Notes: generated by a model not told the origin, from the letters alone. A stretch of 64,000 nt of DNA from an uncultured Dehalococcoidia bacterium (GCA_950072105.1 CATMOE010000005.1:32001-96000); one strand, 5' to 3'. Shown: positions 28,608 to 39,081, counted from the first letter of the stretch. Made by a program: numbers and translations.

Positions 28608-30083
28608 ATGACTGAACCCATAGAAAAAGAAGTTCGGCGCCGGGTGTACCCGCTGGACGCTCATGAATTGACCGAAGAGCAGATCGCGGTGGCCTTCGCC
28701 ATGACATCCCGCCGCCCGGAGCCCTTCGACGAGATCGCAGAGCAGGTGAGCCAGGAGAAGGCAGCCGACTTTCATGAGAGATGGGTGGTGGGCTACGGCC
28801 ACGCTTCGGTGGCGGAGCACGCCGTGCTACATCTGGCGGTGGAGGATATCTCCCGCTTGGCTTGCGACACGCTGGAAGATAACCGGCTGGCATCGTACAC
28901 CGAAAAGTCGTCTAGATATCAGCTTCTACCCTCCGGCTATTTTTTCCATCCTCCTGAACTGGCAAACGAACCGGCCTTGGCCCAAGCGTTTGCCGATGCC
29001 TGCCGGGAGTTATTCCAGGTTTATCATCGATTGGTGGAAGGTTGCGTAGATCACTTGCGCGGAGCCCATCCCAAGAGGGAACGGGAGCGGTACTCTGCTT
29101 ATAACCTTCGGTTGCAGAGGGATGCCACCGATAGCTGCCGAGCCGTCCTTCCGGCGGCCACTCTGACCAACGTTGGCGTGACCGCCAACGCCCGGGTGCT
29201 GGAGCATGCCATCTCCAAGCTGATGTCGTCGGAACTGGCGGAGGAGCGAGACCTGGGGAGTGAGCTTCGCGAACAGGGCCAAAAAATTGCTCCAACGTTG
29301 ATCAAGTATGCTGAGCCAAACACCTACCTGGCGGAGATGCCCGAAGTCCAGAGGTCGCAAACAAGCCAGTTTGTGGGGGAGCCAAGCTCTCGCGACGTCC
29401 GGGAGGGTGGTGACGGTTCTGGAGCGCACCTGAAGGTCCGCTTGATCGCCTGCACCGGCCAAGCAGAGGAAAAACTAGCCGCGGCCTTGTTATACCGCCA
29501 GTCAGGCCTGCCCTACGATGAGATATGGCGGCGGGTGTTGGATATGGACGCTGAGGACCGGCAGCAAATCATCCAGAAGTGCGTTACCGGCATGGGTCCC
29601 CACGACGCTCCGGTGCGCGAGTTCGAGATGGTGGATTATACCTACGAATACTTGATGGATTACGGGGCGTACCGGGAGTTTAAGCGCCACCGCATGCAAA
29701 CATATATTCCCCAGTCGCTAACCACGGCTAACGGATTCGGCGTACCGGAATTGCTGGTCCAAGCTGGTCTGAACGGCCAGTTTATTGGCGCCATCGAACA
29801 GGCGGAAGAGGCTTACCGGCAGGTTTTCGAGTTCTCCCCCGTGGTGGCCCAGTATCTAGTGACCCACGCTCACTACCGCCGGGTGCTATCCAAGCTGAAT
29901 CTGAGGGAGTGTTACCACCTGTTCAAGCTAAGGACATCGGGATTGGCCCACTTTGCGATACGAGAGCCGATGATTGAAGCAATGAAACTGGCGGTGAAAG
30001 CTCATCCGGGACTTTTCCGGGGCTTGCAATTGAGGGATTATCCGGAGTGGTGGGAAACCGCCACGGGCAAAACTGCAGAGTGA
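28608..30083 (+). CDS. thyX: FAD-dependent thymidylate synthase, long two-domain form
   Basis: GYGHASVAEH, TEKSSRY, RAVLPAATLTN, REFKRHR, NLRECYH. Confidence 0.85.
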   Translation: MTEPIEKEVRRRVYPLDAHELTEEQIAVAFAMTSRRPEPFDEIAEQVSQEKAADFHERWVVGYGHASVAEHAVLHLAVEDISRLACDTLEDNRLASYTEKSSRYQLLPSGYFFHPPELANEPALAQAFADACRELFQVYHRLVEGCVDHLRGAHPKRERERYSAYNLRLQRDATDSCRAVLPAATLTNVGVTANARVLEHAISKLMSSELAEERDLGSELREQGQKIAPTLIKYAEPNTYLAEMPEVQRSQTSQFVGEPSSRDVREGGDGSGAHLKVRLIACTGQAEEKLAAALLYRQSGLPYDEIWRRVLDMDAEDRQQIIQKCVTGMGPHDAPVREFEMVDYTYEYLMDYGAYREFKRHRMQTYIPQSLTTANGFGVPELLVQAGLNGQFIGAIEQAEEAYRQVFEFSPVVAQYLVTHAHYRRVLSKLNLRECYHLFKLRTSGLAHFAIREPMIEAMKLAVKAHPGLFRGLQLRDYPEWWETATGKTAE

Positions 30084-30152
30084 TTCGGGCAACCTGACGG
30101 CAGGACAATCAGGAGCTTGAGCAGTGTCGGCAGTCGCCGCTGGGCAAGTTTG

Positions 30153-30263
30153 TTAGGGGTCTGAACAATCCCGCGTGTAGCCGCAGTTGAGGCAGATAAT
30201 CTTGCACTTCTGTTCCATCATGTGGCCGCCGCAGATGTCGCAGACCAATAGAAAGAGGGTCAC
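30153..30263 (-). CDS. Cys-rich zinc-finger microprotein (36 aa; 31 aa from the alternative TTG at 30248)
   Basis: hand translation CDICGGHMMEQKCKIICLNCGYTRDCSDP*; absent from the ORF track because of its size. Confidence 0.8.
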   Translation of the reverse strand: MTLFLLVCDICGGHMMEQKCKIICLNCGYTRDCSDP

Positions 30264-30394
30264 TCCCAACACGTTCACCCACACCCTTCACCGAGGAGTT
30301 GGCGCAAGTATACCAGGAGAACGGGCGGAGGGCCAAAGCGCGAATATCCACCGCTCTGGACGATTGAAAGACCCTTGGACCGGGTCTGCTGTGG

Positions 30395-31252
30395 CTACCG
30401 CGCAACCTTATGGGACACGATCTGGCCTTCCAGAACCATGTCCCCGCGGCCGGGCACCGGGTCTGAAGACGGAGCAGGGGTCAGCCGAACCATGTCGAAC
30501 TCGAATAACGGCTCGGGCGGGTGCAGGGTCACCGCTCCCCAACCCTTGGAATCGACCTTTAGCTGGCCGGCCCACATGCTTTGACCTTGTCTGACCAACC
30601 AGACGTCGTAGCTGGAGGGCGGTTCCAACTCCCGCATTCCAGTTACCATGAGCATGGCTCGGCGCCCGTCATCGGCTACCAGAAGGATGCCGCCGGAGTT
30701 ACCGGAATCATTGGGAGATTCCAGGATAACGTCGGTGCTCTCTGTTTCAGCTAGAAAATCGCTGGCGGCACGGAGTTCGTTCAGGCGGTCCATGACTTGA
30801 GACTCTTGAGCCGCCAATTTCCCCCATCGAGTCAGCACGGCGCTTTCGCGCTGCAGATTTTCTACACGGGAGGAAAGGATAGTGCTTACGTACACGCTGT
30901 ACGAAAGTAATCCCAAAACCAGGACTGCGGCCAGAGGCATCAAGACTTTGGACAGGGAGCCGGTCCAGCCTCGGGAGGCAGTGGTTTTTGCCGGGGTGGT
31001 GATCTCCACGCCCGTCCCCGGTAGGGATCTCATAATCCGAGCCTGCAATGAAGCGGGCGGTTGGAGACGGTCTACCGATTCCCCAATCAAGGCCGCCGAG
31101 GATTGCATGAGGGCCACGGTTGTCCGGCATTGGTAGCATCCCGACATGTGGAATTCAACCAGAACCGCTTCTTCCTGGTCCAGGATATCCAAGGCGTAGG
31201 CGCCCAATTGCTCTTCAGGGTGTTGTTCATTGTTTGAATCAGTCGTTAACAT
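30395..31252 (-). CDS. anti-sigma factor (RskA-like, zinc-finger N-terminus)
   Basis: LGAYALDIL, HMSGCYQC, one TM segment, YDVWL C-domain; overlaps the sigma gene. Confidence 0.9.
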   Translation of the reverse strand: MLTTDSNNEQHPEEQLGAYALDILDQEEAVLVEFHMSGCYQCRTTVALMQSSAALIGESVDRLQPPASLQARIMRSLPGTGVEITTPAKTTASRGWTGSLSKVLMPLAAVLVLGLLSYSVYVSTILSSRVENLQRESAVLTRWGKLAAQESQVMDRLNELRAASDFLAETESTDVILESPNDSGNSGGILLVADDGRRAMLMVTGMRELEPPSSYDVWLVRQGQSMWAGQLKVDSKGWGAVTLHPPEPLFEFDMVRLTPAPSSDPVPGRGDMVLEGQIVSHKVAR

Positions 31253-31835
31253 CGCCTTCTAGTACCAACCTTAGCTTTTGCATCGCCAACCGCACTCTGG
31301 TCTTGACCGTCCCCAGAGGCTGCTTTAGAATCTCCGCCATTTCTGACTGGGTGTATCCCTCGAAGTAAGCCATCATGATTACTTGCCGCTGCGGAGGCGG
31401 CAGGGTGGCCACGGCTTTCAAGATTCGTTCCCGCTCAATATTCCTTTCAACTTCCTCTTCGGTGGAGATTTGGGCCGATGGCAACAATTCCAGAGTTTCG
31501 TAGCCGTCGGGGTCCATAGCCGCCAGTGTCCGGCGTCTGGCCCGAATCACGTCCACAATCTTGTGGTGAGCCACGCTCATGATCCAAGCCCGTGGTTCGC
31601 CCCGGTCGGTTTTATAGCTGGATGCCTTCAGCCAAATGTTCAGAAATATGTCTTGAGTAGCTTCTTCGGCCAGGGCCTCCTGTTTGAGCATGTACATGGC
31701 CAGGGAATAGACCGACGACCCATATCTGGTGTAAATAGCTTCCAGCGCGCCCTTATCTTCGAGGGTCACCTGATGCATGAGCTGGTGATCGTCGTATTCT
31801 TGGTAGTCGACCACCTTGCTATGCCCCCGGACCAT
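31239..31835 (-). CDS. ECF sigma-70 factor (SigK-like)
   Basis: AEEATQDIFLNIW, AWIMSVAHHKIVD, AYFEGYTQSEMA, PLGTVKTRVRLAMQKLR. Confidence 0.95.
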   Translation of the reverse strand: MVRGHSKVVDYQEYDDHQLMHQVTLEDKGALEAIYTRYGSSVYSLAMYMLKQEALAEEATQDIFLNIWLKASSYKTDRGEPRAWIMSVAHHKIVDVIRARRRTLAAMDPDGYETLELLPSAQISTEEEVERNIERERILKAVATLPPPQRQVIMMAYFEGYTQSEMAEILKQPLGTVKTRVRLAMQKLRLVLEGDVND

Positions 31836-32184
31836 TGGAGAGCGCCCCCTTAAATAGGAATACGCCGCTGGGGGCAATATGGATTTCGCTAATATTGACC
31901 GAGGCCAAATTAATTACATCACGGACCTCGGTCCCTGATTCGATTCCTGAATTTGCCGGTCTGCGAGGCGTCCTTTCGAGCGCCCCGGTACCTGACCAGA
32001 TATGTGTCGGCAAACCGGTTCTCCTCTTGATGGATATGTCCGTGTATTGCTTTCGGGGTAGGGAGGACCTTGTGGTTGCCATGATTAGATGCAAATTAAA
32101 TATGCGGGATTATAACATAACCCACGAAAATCAAGCCGGAAACGTAAGTGTGCGGTTTGAAGCGGTTTAGGCTTGCTGAGCGGG

Positions 32185-33549
32185 CTAGATCACCATGCTG
32201 TCAAAGAGAGAGTCAAGGTTCGGGGCATCGTCCAATCCCCATACTTGCTCCAAGACCCGGTCACACTGCTTTGCGGAGACTACATCGGCGGCCAAACCGC
32301 GGAATTTGGCTTCTACTTGCCTATCGTCCAAAGGATTGTGGCGGTGACCCTTGGGGTAGCGGGTATGGGCCTCATAAATCTTTCCAGCGTCGTCGGTGAC
32401 CTGTATGCGGCAGTTGAATTCTTCCGGATATCTGGTGGTGAAGTCAGGAATCTCTTCCATGGTGAACTTTGCCATGAGGGTGCGGAGCGCCGGGTCATGG
32501 ATACGTTCGCTGGTGAAGGACCCGGCGTCCACGCTGCCGTATCGCAAGGCAACGGCCACCAGGTACGGGATGCTATGGTCGGCGGTCTCACGGGTCTTGG
32601 GGTCCCACTTCTGCGGTTCGGTGGCGGGTGAGCTAACGGCCCCGTCGTAGGATTGGATGAGAACCGACGTTATCTTCTCCGGGGAAACCTGGGGGTGTAA
32701 TTCCAGGGCCACGCCGATGGGCGCCTGGGTGTGGATCTGAGAAGGATAGGACTTGAAGGTGGTTTCCAGGATGCGGAAATCGTCGCTGCCTCGGCTCTTT
32801 TGGAAGGATGGGATGTTGACAGTATTCCCCAGTGCTTGCTCCCACAATCCCCGGCGTCCCTCAAAGGGCTCGTTTGGTCCGGTCATGCCCTGTTGCGCCA
32901 GTTGGGCGGCGAAGATCCCCGCCCTGGTGGCGGTGGCGGTGGCGCACCCTTTCCACATGGACAGCTCGCCGGTGCGTGTAACTCCCAGGGGCAGGTTAGG
33001 GGCTATCGCCAGGGATATGGCATGCCCCATCTGTTCTTGGTTCAACCCCAAGAGTTTCCCGGCGGCGCAGGTGGCTCCGATGATGGAGAACATTCCCTGG
33101 TCCCAGCCAAATTCGCCGGTAACCACTTCATCGCTCAACCGGCAGAACACTTCGTAGGCCAGAGCGATGGCGGTAATCACGCTGCGGCCATCGCTTTCCG
33201 TGGGGCCGCCCAGGGCCAATGCCGCCGGAATCATGTCGCTGGGGTGGCCGCCTCCAGGCGAGAAATACGAGTCGTTGCAGTCTAGATAACGGACCATCAC
33301 GCCGTTGGCGAATCCGGCCATGTCCGGAGAGCTGTATAACTGAGTCCCCAATATCCGCGAGGGAGTCGAGCTGGTGACGGACCCGGCCAAAGTCCTGGCT
33401 ATCGTTGCTGGTTCGGAATGGAAGCCGCCCACGGCGCAACCCAGGGTATCCACCACGGTGCGCTTGATCTGGTGGACCACCCGGGGGCTCAGGTCTTCGT
33501 ATTCAAGGCCGTAGGCGAAGGAACTTAATAGCTCGGTGGTTTGGTCCAT
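32185..33549 (-). CDS. MmgE/PrpD family protein (2-methylcitrate dehydratase-like)
   Basis: DTLGCAVG, VRYLDCND, GHPSD, RTGELSMWKG, RETADHSIPY. Confidence 0.93.
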   Translation of the reverse strand: MDQTTELLSSFAYGLEYEDLSPRVVHQIKRTVVDTLGCAVGGFHSEPATIARTLAGSVTSSTPSRILGTQLYSSPDMAGFANGVMVRYLDCNDSYFSPGGGHPSDMIPAALALGGPTESDGRSVITAIALAYEVFCRLSDEVVTGEFGWDQGMFSIIGATCAAGKLLGLNQEQMGHAISLAIAPNLPLGVTRTGELSMWKGCATATATRAGIFAAQLAQQGMTGPNEPFEGRRGLWEQALGNTVNIPSFQKSRGSDDFRILETTFKSYPSQIHTQAPIGVALELHPQVSPEKITSVLIQSYDGAVSSPATEPQKWDPKTRETADHSIPYLVAVALRYGSVDAGSFTSERIHDPALRTLMAKFTMEEIPDFTTRYPEEFNCRIQVTDDAGKIYEAHTRYPKGHRHNPLDDRQVEAKFRGLAADVVSAKQCDRVLEQVWGLDDAPNLDSLFDSMVI

Positions 33550-33569
33550 TTGTGGCTCTCCTTGTGGAC

Positions 33570-33676
33570 GGGGGGAATCCCCCCAACTCCCCTTTACGAA
33601 AGGGGGGCTAGATTTCCATTGACTTCGCTTTTTTAGGGGAGGCTAGAAATCCCCCAACCCCCTGTAGGAAAGGGGT
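33570..33676. repeat. C/G-run intergenic palindromic repeat
   Basis: AATCCCCCCAACTCCCCTTTACGAAAGGGGGGCTAG and AATCCCCCAACCCCCTGTAGGAAAGGGG; related unit near 9080-9113. Confidence 0.6.
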
Positions 33677-33688
33677 GCTCGCTGGTAG

Positions 33689-34534
33689 TTAGCGCAGGAC
33701 GGCTTCGGCGATGCGCTCCAATTGGTCGCCCATTTCATCTTCCGTGTCGCAGTGCTCCGGACGGATCACTACCCGGTTGGCTCCGGCGTTGATCAGGGAT
33801 CGTAGGGCCGTTCGATCGGGGTCTTGGCCGTAAACCGTTATCGTAAGTGACGCAGGGTCCCGGCCCGCCTCTTCGGCCATGGCATCCAGCTTGGCCCGGC
33901 TTTCCTCGATCTGGGCGGGGGTGACCCGGTTGGGCAGCCAGCCGTCGGCGTGGGCCACCACCCGGCTCAGCACATTCTTGGCCATTCCGCCGAGGAGTAT
34001 GGGCGGGTGGGGTTTTTGGATGGGTTTGGGGTAGGACCTGACGAGAGGGAAGTCGAAGTACCTTCCGTGATACTCGGCTTCCTCTTTGGTCCAGAGTTCC
34101 TTCATGACCTCGATAGCTTCACGGGTCTGGGTCCAGCGGTGGTCGAAGTCGCCGCCCATCAACTCGGTTTCTTCCCTGAGCCAACCGGTGCCGATGCCGA
34201 ATACGAACCGGCCGCCGCTAACCCGGTCCAAAACGGCGATCTCTTTGGCCAAGAGGAGGGGGTTACGTTCGGGCACCAACGTGATACCGGTGCACAATTT
34301 GATGGTGCTGGTCACCCCCGACGCACGGGCCAGAGCGATATACGGGTCGGTGAAGTGGGAATAGTTTTCGGGGATCGCGCCGCCGGTGGACGGAAAGGGG
34401 CTGTCGCTGTGGACCGGCACGGCGGGATGTTCTGCGTACCAGATCGACTCAAAACCCAACTCCTCGGCTTTTTTGGCGATGAAAGCGGGGTCTAGGGTGT
34501 AGGCCGGTAGAGGTATCGAAGTTCCAATGTCCAT
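33689..34534 (-). CDS. LLM class F420-dependent oxidoreductase
   Basis: AEELGFESIWYAEH, DPYIALA, LAKEIAVLDRVSGGRF.FGIG.GW, PKPIQKPHPPILLGG. Confidence 0.95.
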   Translation of the reverse strand: MDIGTSIPLPAYTLDPAFIAKKAEELGFESIWYAEHPAVPVHSDSPFPSTGGAIPENYSHFTDPYIALARASGVTSTIKLCTGITLVPERNPLLLAKEIAVLDRVSGGRFVFGIGTGWLREETELMGGDFDHRWTQTREAIEVMKELWTKEEAEYHGRYFDFPLVRSYPKPIQKPHPPILLGGMAKNVLSRVVAHADGWLPNRVTPAQIEESRAKLDAMAEEAGRDPASLTITVYGQDPDRTALRSLINAGANRVVIRPEHCDTEDEMGDQLERIAEAVLR

Positions 34535-34606
34535 GCGGAGTTCCTCCTTGATCGGCTTCTCTCTTACGTCAGGTTCAGGTAAAACTTAGATAATCATGTC
34601 CGATGG

Positions 34607-37600
34607 CTATTCTTCATCCAAATCATCGGGCGGATCGCCACCGGTGAAGCCCCGCCACCAGGTCTGAAAGTTGTCCTCACCGTATTTGTCCCGCAGGGAG
34701 GCCAGGTGGGCTTTGGCTGGAGCCAGGGCCGACAGCTGGTGTTCCGTCGCCAGACCGTGAGCCCGGGTTGCCCACTCCAGAGCTCCAGGCAAGTCGCCAC
34801 GGTCTTCCGCCACTTTCCCCAATTGGCCGTAGGTGCGGGCGGTACGGTCAACATCTCGGACCTGTTCAAAGTTTTCCCTGGCACGTTGGTACCACTGCTC
34901 AGCGTCATCCAGAAGGTTTTGCTCATGAAATAGGACGCCCAGTTGGCGGCATTCGTCTCCAGCGCCCCGCCGGTCGCCCATCTCATCCCGTTTTTCCAGA
35001 GCCAATTCGAACCACTCTTGAGCCATCTCATAGAGCAATCCCCGGGCCTGGGATAGAAGGCCCAAGTAGTGGAACTCAACGGCCATCTGAGACTGCAAGC
35101 CCAACCGGTGGGACAGACCCAAGGACTGCTGGTACCAACTTTCCGCTTCTTCGAACATATAACGGGCGTGGAATACGGTGCCCAGTTCATGGTAAACCAG
35201 GACAACCATTTCCTCATCCCGGTTTTCTTCCAAGATGGCCTGAGCTCGGCGGTACCAGCTTTCCGCTTCGTCGTACTCAAACTTGAATTGGGAGGCCAGG
35301 CCCAAGGCTCGGAAGTCTTTGACCAGTTCTTCCGGGTCTTGCAGCCTCTGATGGACCTCCAATGCTTTGCTGAACCACTCTTTCGCTTCGGTGTAATAAC
35401 GCTGATGTTGCTTCACCTGGCCGATGCAGTAGTAATCGTCGGCGGTGGACGCTTCGTCTTCGCCTATCTCGATAATGGCCAGGGACTTTTGGTACCACTC
35501 TGACGCGTCATCCAAGTGCCACCGATGCTGTTCCAGAACGCCCATCTGATGGTAAACGGCGGCTGCCCGTGGGTCAGTCTCTTTGTCGGGTAAAGACTCC
35601 AGGTAATCCATCATTTGTTGGTTCAGGTCTTGCGCGTATTCCAGGTTAAGCTGCTCGGTGGCTTCACTGGATTCGGTGCCCAATAGATACAGCCACAGGT
35701 CAATCGCGCCTTTGGAATCGGCTTCTGTGGCGCCGTTGCCCTCGGGGACGATGTCTTGAAGCAACTGGCGGCGCAGGCGGCGCAGTTCGGGGTACCGCTT
35801 TTGCATCCGGTACACCTGGGCCAACGGTTGGACCAAAACCTGGGCCGCATCCCACTGGTGGTCTTCCAGAGCCAGACCTAGCGCCTGGGTCAGGTTGCCC
35901 TCCTCGGCCAGGACCGCCATGGTCCCGGATTCCTGGTTCTCATACAGGGTTTCCATAAAGTAGTCGGCGGTATCCGCGTAAACCCGAACGAACTCCTGCT
36001 CCAACTGGCGGATGGCGGCAGGGGAGAGTTGTTGGTTGATCTGGCGTCCGTAGAACCAGGGCAAGGTGGGATGAATCTGGTAGACGCTTGGTGTGACCGA
36101 TTGAATGAATCCCGCGTCCCGGGCGGACCGCAGCAAGGTCCGGCAAGCGCCCCAGCCCAGTTCCTCGCCCATGACGGTGTGGTAGGCTCGCTCCTGGGTG
36201 ATGTGAGTCAGGATGTCCAACATGACCCGCTGCTGGAACATGGACAGGAAGGGTAGATGGGTCCGGCTGCGGCGGGGCATCCGCGAGAATGATTGGTCCA
36301 TGATGGCAGTCAGGAATGGGTCGCGGCCGGGCTCCATGGACGACTGGTCCAGCTCTTCCACGCGAGTCCGTATCTCTTCCAGAATCACCGAGGCTGGCAC
36401 TTCTTTAAGCAGAGGAAGGACTATCTGCATCGCCAGCGGATGTCCCTCGATGAGGTCCAGTAGCTCAAGGTAGGCGAGGCCCAGTTGGTTGTCGGCCTGG
36501 TTGCCGGGAGTGAGATCGGACGGTCCGGTACTTTCCTGAATCTTGCAGGCTAACTCCATCCGGTCACCCTGGCTCGGGGGAGGGAGTTGGTAGGAGTGGT
36601 GGGGAACTGACAGCCAGGGTTCCTCCGGACGGCGGGTGACCAAAAGTGCCCAGGATCGGCCCCCGTCGATAGCCTCGGCCAAAAATGCGTCCAGTTCCGC
36701 CAGTTCGGCCTGGTCCAACATTCCCGAGACGTCCTCACCCGGGTTTCCACCGGCGTGCTGCAGGGCGTCCCAGATGATCAGCGACGGTTGCTCTCTCAGA
36801 TAATCCACCACCCATTGGCGTTGGTCGGGACCGGACATGTCGGCGAAAGACAACCCGGCGACCGAGGTGCCAATCTCGTGTACGACACGTTCCAGTCCCG
36901 CTCCTATGTGGAAAGTCGTGTAAAAGACCCCACCAGGGCGAGCGCCGGTTTTTTGCAGCCATCGGGCTAGACCCAGCGCCAACTCCGTCTTGCCGGCGCC
37001 AGTGTTTGCGCTCATTAAGACCACCGGTTGGCGTTGGAACGTTCGCTCCAGTTGGCGAAGCTCGGCGCGCCGCCCAACCAAACCGTAAGGGCCTCCTTGA
37101 GGTAGTTGCTGGTCGAGCTCGGCCCCCTCCTCCGGTTGAGACTGGGGCGTCAGGGGCTCAGGTTGCTCAACATGTATGGTTCCCGGCACGTAACCACGGG
37201 ATTGATAGACTTGAGGGGCTATCCAGTCCCAGAAGGGCGCTTTGCCGGCGGCGCAGGGCCGTAGCGGCTCTTCCATCAAGCCCCGCCGGGCCGTCGAGGT
37301 TGCGGTGGGTACATCGACCCCCGCCACGATTTGCCGGAATAGCCTGTCTACGAATATCGACCGGGCTGTGGGGGTCAGCGGTACTGCCACTGAAACCACC
37401 AAGGGTACGCCGGCTTCAGACAATTCGGCCGCGGTGTTTGTGGATCGGTCGGGAGACGCGGCGCCGCCGCCGTTGATCAGGACCATAGGCACGCCGGCCT
37501 TCACCAGTAACTCCGCCACTTGAGCCGAGGCTAGTTGGGCCGCGTTCCCATCGTTAGACTCGAGTAGGATTCCGCCGCTGGTATTGGACTGGGCGTCGAA

Positions 37601-38296
37601 ATGGACCAAGTGATAATGCCCCGGACTCTGGTCTAATCGGTCGGCAAGGGCATCTAATGTCGGCGGCTGCAGGCAGTCCAACTGCACCACTACGTCTAAC
37701 GACTCCATGACCTGCAACGTTTCTGCCGCGATGCTCCCTGCGTCGTCCGGAGAGTCTCCATCTGGGAGACCATCGGCGGGAGCTGGAGAAACCAAGAGCA
37801 CGTTAAACTGTTCTTGGCTCAATTCGGTTACGAATGGGTCCATTTGGCCGGACGATGTCCGCCGTAGCATCGATCCGAATTGTGCCGGAAGAAACCCTTC
37901 CTGCGGGGAGTTGAGCAACTCCCAAGGCAGGCCAAGAAATTCGGGGCGGCCAGATACTATTACCAGTTGGTAGTTCGAGAATCCTTCTTCCAGGGCGGAA
38001 GAGTAAAAGGTCTGGGCGTCCTCGCTGGACTGGAACACGGTCTCGAAAAGTGAACGACCCAAGGCGTGGAATCTTGTTTCAACCTCACTGGCCCGTGCTT
38101 TCGCGTCGCCGAATGGATTCCGCAGGTATTCGTTGAAATACCAGCCGATTTCTGTTGAATCTGAGTCCGTGAGGGGAGCTTTGAAGGTCACCGGCGAGGC
38201 GGTTCGCCTGCCTTGGCTGCTGGTAAGAGCCAACTGTACTTGGCCGGCTTCCGCCAGATCGATTATCTCCAGTATTCTCTCTTTTTCCTGGGTCAC
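34607..38296 (-). CDS. CHAT-like domain + P-loop NTPase (STAND/NB-ARC-like) + TPR protein
   Basis: LPWELL, HLVHFD, WIAPQVY; LVGRRAEL, GAGKTELA, LIIWD, LIEGHPLA; multiple C-terminal TPRs; AGGAG RBS before GTG 38296. Confidence 0.88.
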   Translation of the reverse strand: MTQEKERILEIIDLAEAGQVQLALTSSQGRRTASPVTFKAPLTDSDSTEIGWYFNEYLRNPFGDAKARASEVETRFHALGRSLFETVFQSSEDAQTFYSSALEEGFSNYQLVIVSGRPEFLGLPWELLNSPQEGFLPAQFGSMLRRTSSGQMDPFVTELSQEQFNVLLVSPAPADGLPDGDSPDDAGSIAAETLQVMESLDVVVQLDCLQPPTLDALADRLDQSPGHYHLVHFDAQSNTSGGILLESNDGNAAQLASAQVAELLVKAGVPMVLINGGGAASPDRSTNTAAELSEAGVPLVVSVAVPLTPTARSIFVDRLFRQIVAGVDVPTATSTARRGLMEEPLRPCAAGKAPFWDWIAPQVYQSRGYVPGTIHVEQPEPLTPQSQPEEGAELDQQLPQGGPYGLVGRRAELRQLERTFQRQPVVLMSANTGAGKTELALGLARWLQKTGARPGGVFYTTFHIGAGLERVVHEIGTSVAGLSFADMSGPDQRQWVVDYLREQPSLIIWDALQHAGGNPGEDVSGMLDQAELAELDAFLAEAIDGGRSWALLVTRRPEEPWLSVPHHSYQLPPPSQGDRMELACKIQESTGPSDLTPGNQADNQLGLAYLELLDLIEGHPLAMQIVLPLLKEVPASVILEEIRTRVEELDQSSMEPGRDPFLTAIMDQSFSRMPRRSRTHLPFLSMFQQRVMLDILTHITQERAYHTVMGEELGWGACRTLLRSARDAGFIQSVTPSVYQIHPTLPWFYGRQINQQLSPAAIRQLEQEFVRVYADTADYFMETLYENQESGTMAVLAEEGNLTQALGLALEDHQWDAAQVLVQPLAQVYRMQKRYPELRRLRRQLLQDIVPEGNGATEADSKGAIDLWLYLLGTESSEATEQLNLEYAQDLNQQMMDYLESLPDKETDPRAAAVYHQMGVLEQHRWHLDDASEWYQKSLAIIEIGEDEASTADDYYCIGQVKQHQRYYTEAKEWFSKALEVHQRLQDPEELVKDFRALGLASQFKFEYDEAESWYRRAQAILEENRDEEMVVLVYHELGTVFHARYMFEEAESWYQQSLGLSHRLGLQSQMAVEFHYLGLLSQARGLLYEMAQEWFELALEKRDEMGDRRGAGDECRQLGVLFHEQNLLDDAEQWYQRARENFEQVRDVDRTARTYGQLGKVAEDRGDLPGALEWATRAHGLATEHQLSALAPAKAHLASLRDKYGEDNFQTWWRGFTGGDPPDDLDEE

Positions 38297-38637
38297 TGGA
38301 TGCTCCTGAGTGGATTGTTCGCAAACCTTCCCATTTCTTGTCAACCAGGTGCGCCTGGGTTAAAATCAGCCCCGTGCCTGGTGGCAACAGGGTAGGCGGC
38401 AGAATATCCGAGGGAATCCTGGCTGTTCGTAGCTGTCGAGGGTCCGCAGCGACCGCCTTATACTACCATCCACCAATCTGCCCGTCCAACGTTTTCGGTT
38501 GGGCCAAACACTCAAGGGGCAGCTATGGGTATCGGTATCCTGATTGAGTGCCGACGAAGAGCTGCCACCAGGGGCAGTTGGTTAGGGTGAACGGCAAAGC
38601 GCAGCTTAAGCGCGAGAATTCTTAAGGAGCGATCCAG

Positions 38638-39057
38638 ATGATTTCAATCACCGATGAGATGAAAGAAAATGTGGAAATAGCGCTGGCCGACGGCTACGCC
38701 TGTCTGCTGGGAAGCGTGTCCAAAAGCGGCGAACCCCAGATCAGCCCCAAGGGCAGCGTGCTGGTATATGACGGGGAAACTCTGGCTTACTGGGAGCGGG
38801 CAAAGCGCTCGGCGTTACAGAACGTGGGCGAAAATCCCAACGTGGTGATCTACTACAACCATCAAGCCAAGCGCTTGAGATGGCGGTTCCACGGGACAGC
38901 TACCGTTTATGAGGACGGTCCGATTCGCCAAGAGGTGATAGACCGTTGTGTCCAAGAGGAACTGGACCGGGACCCTGGGCTATTGGGAGTGGCGGTCCTG
39001 GTCAAGATTGACAAGATTACCGAGCTTTCCGGCAACGTGCTGCAGCAACGAGACTAG
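38638..39057 (+). CDS. pyridoxamine 5'-phosphate oxidase-like split-barrel protein
   Basis: GEPQISPKGS, LAYWER, NVGENPNV, RFHGTA; AAGGAG RBS. Confidence 0.88.
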   Translation: MISITDEMKENVEIALADGYACLLGSVSKSGEPQISPKGSVLVYDGETLAYWERAKRSALQNVGENPNVVIYYNHQAKRLRWRFHGTATVYEDGPIRQEVIDRCVQEELDRDPGLLGVAVLVKIDKITELSGNVLQQRD

Positions 39058-39081
39058 GGGGCGATAGGCTGATGCGGGTCG

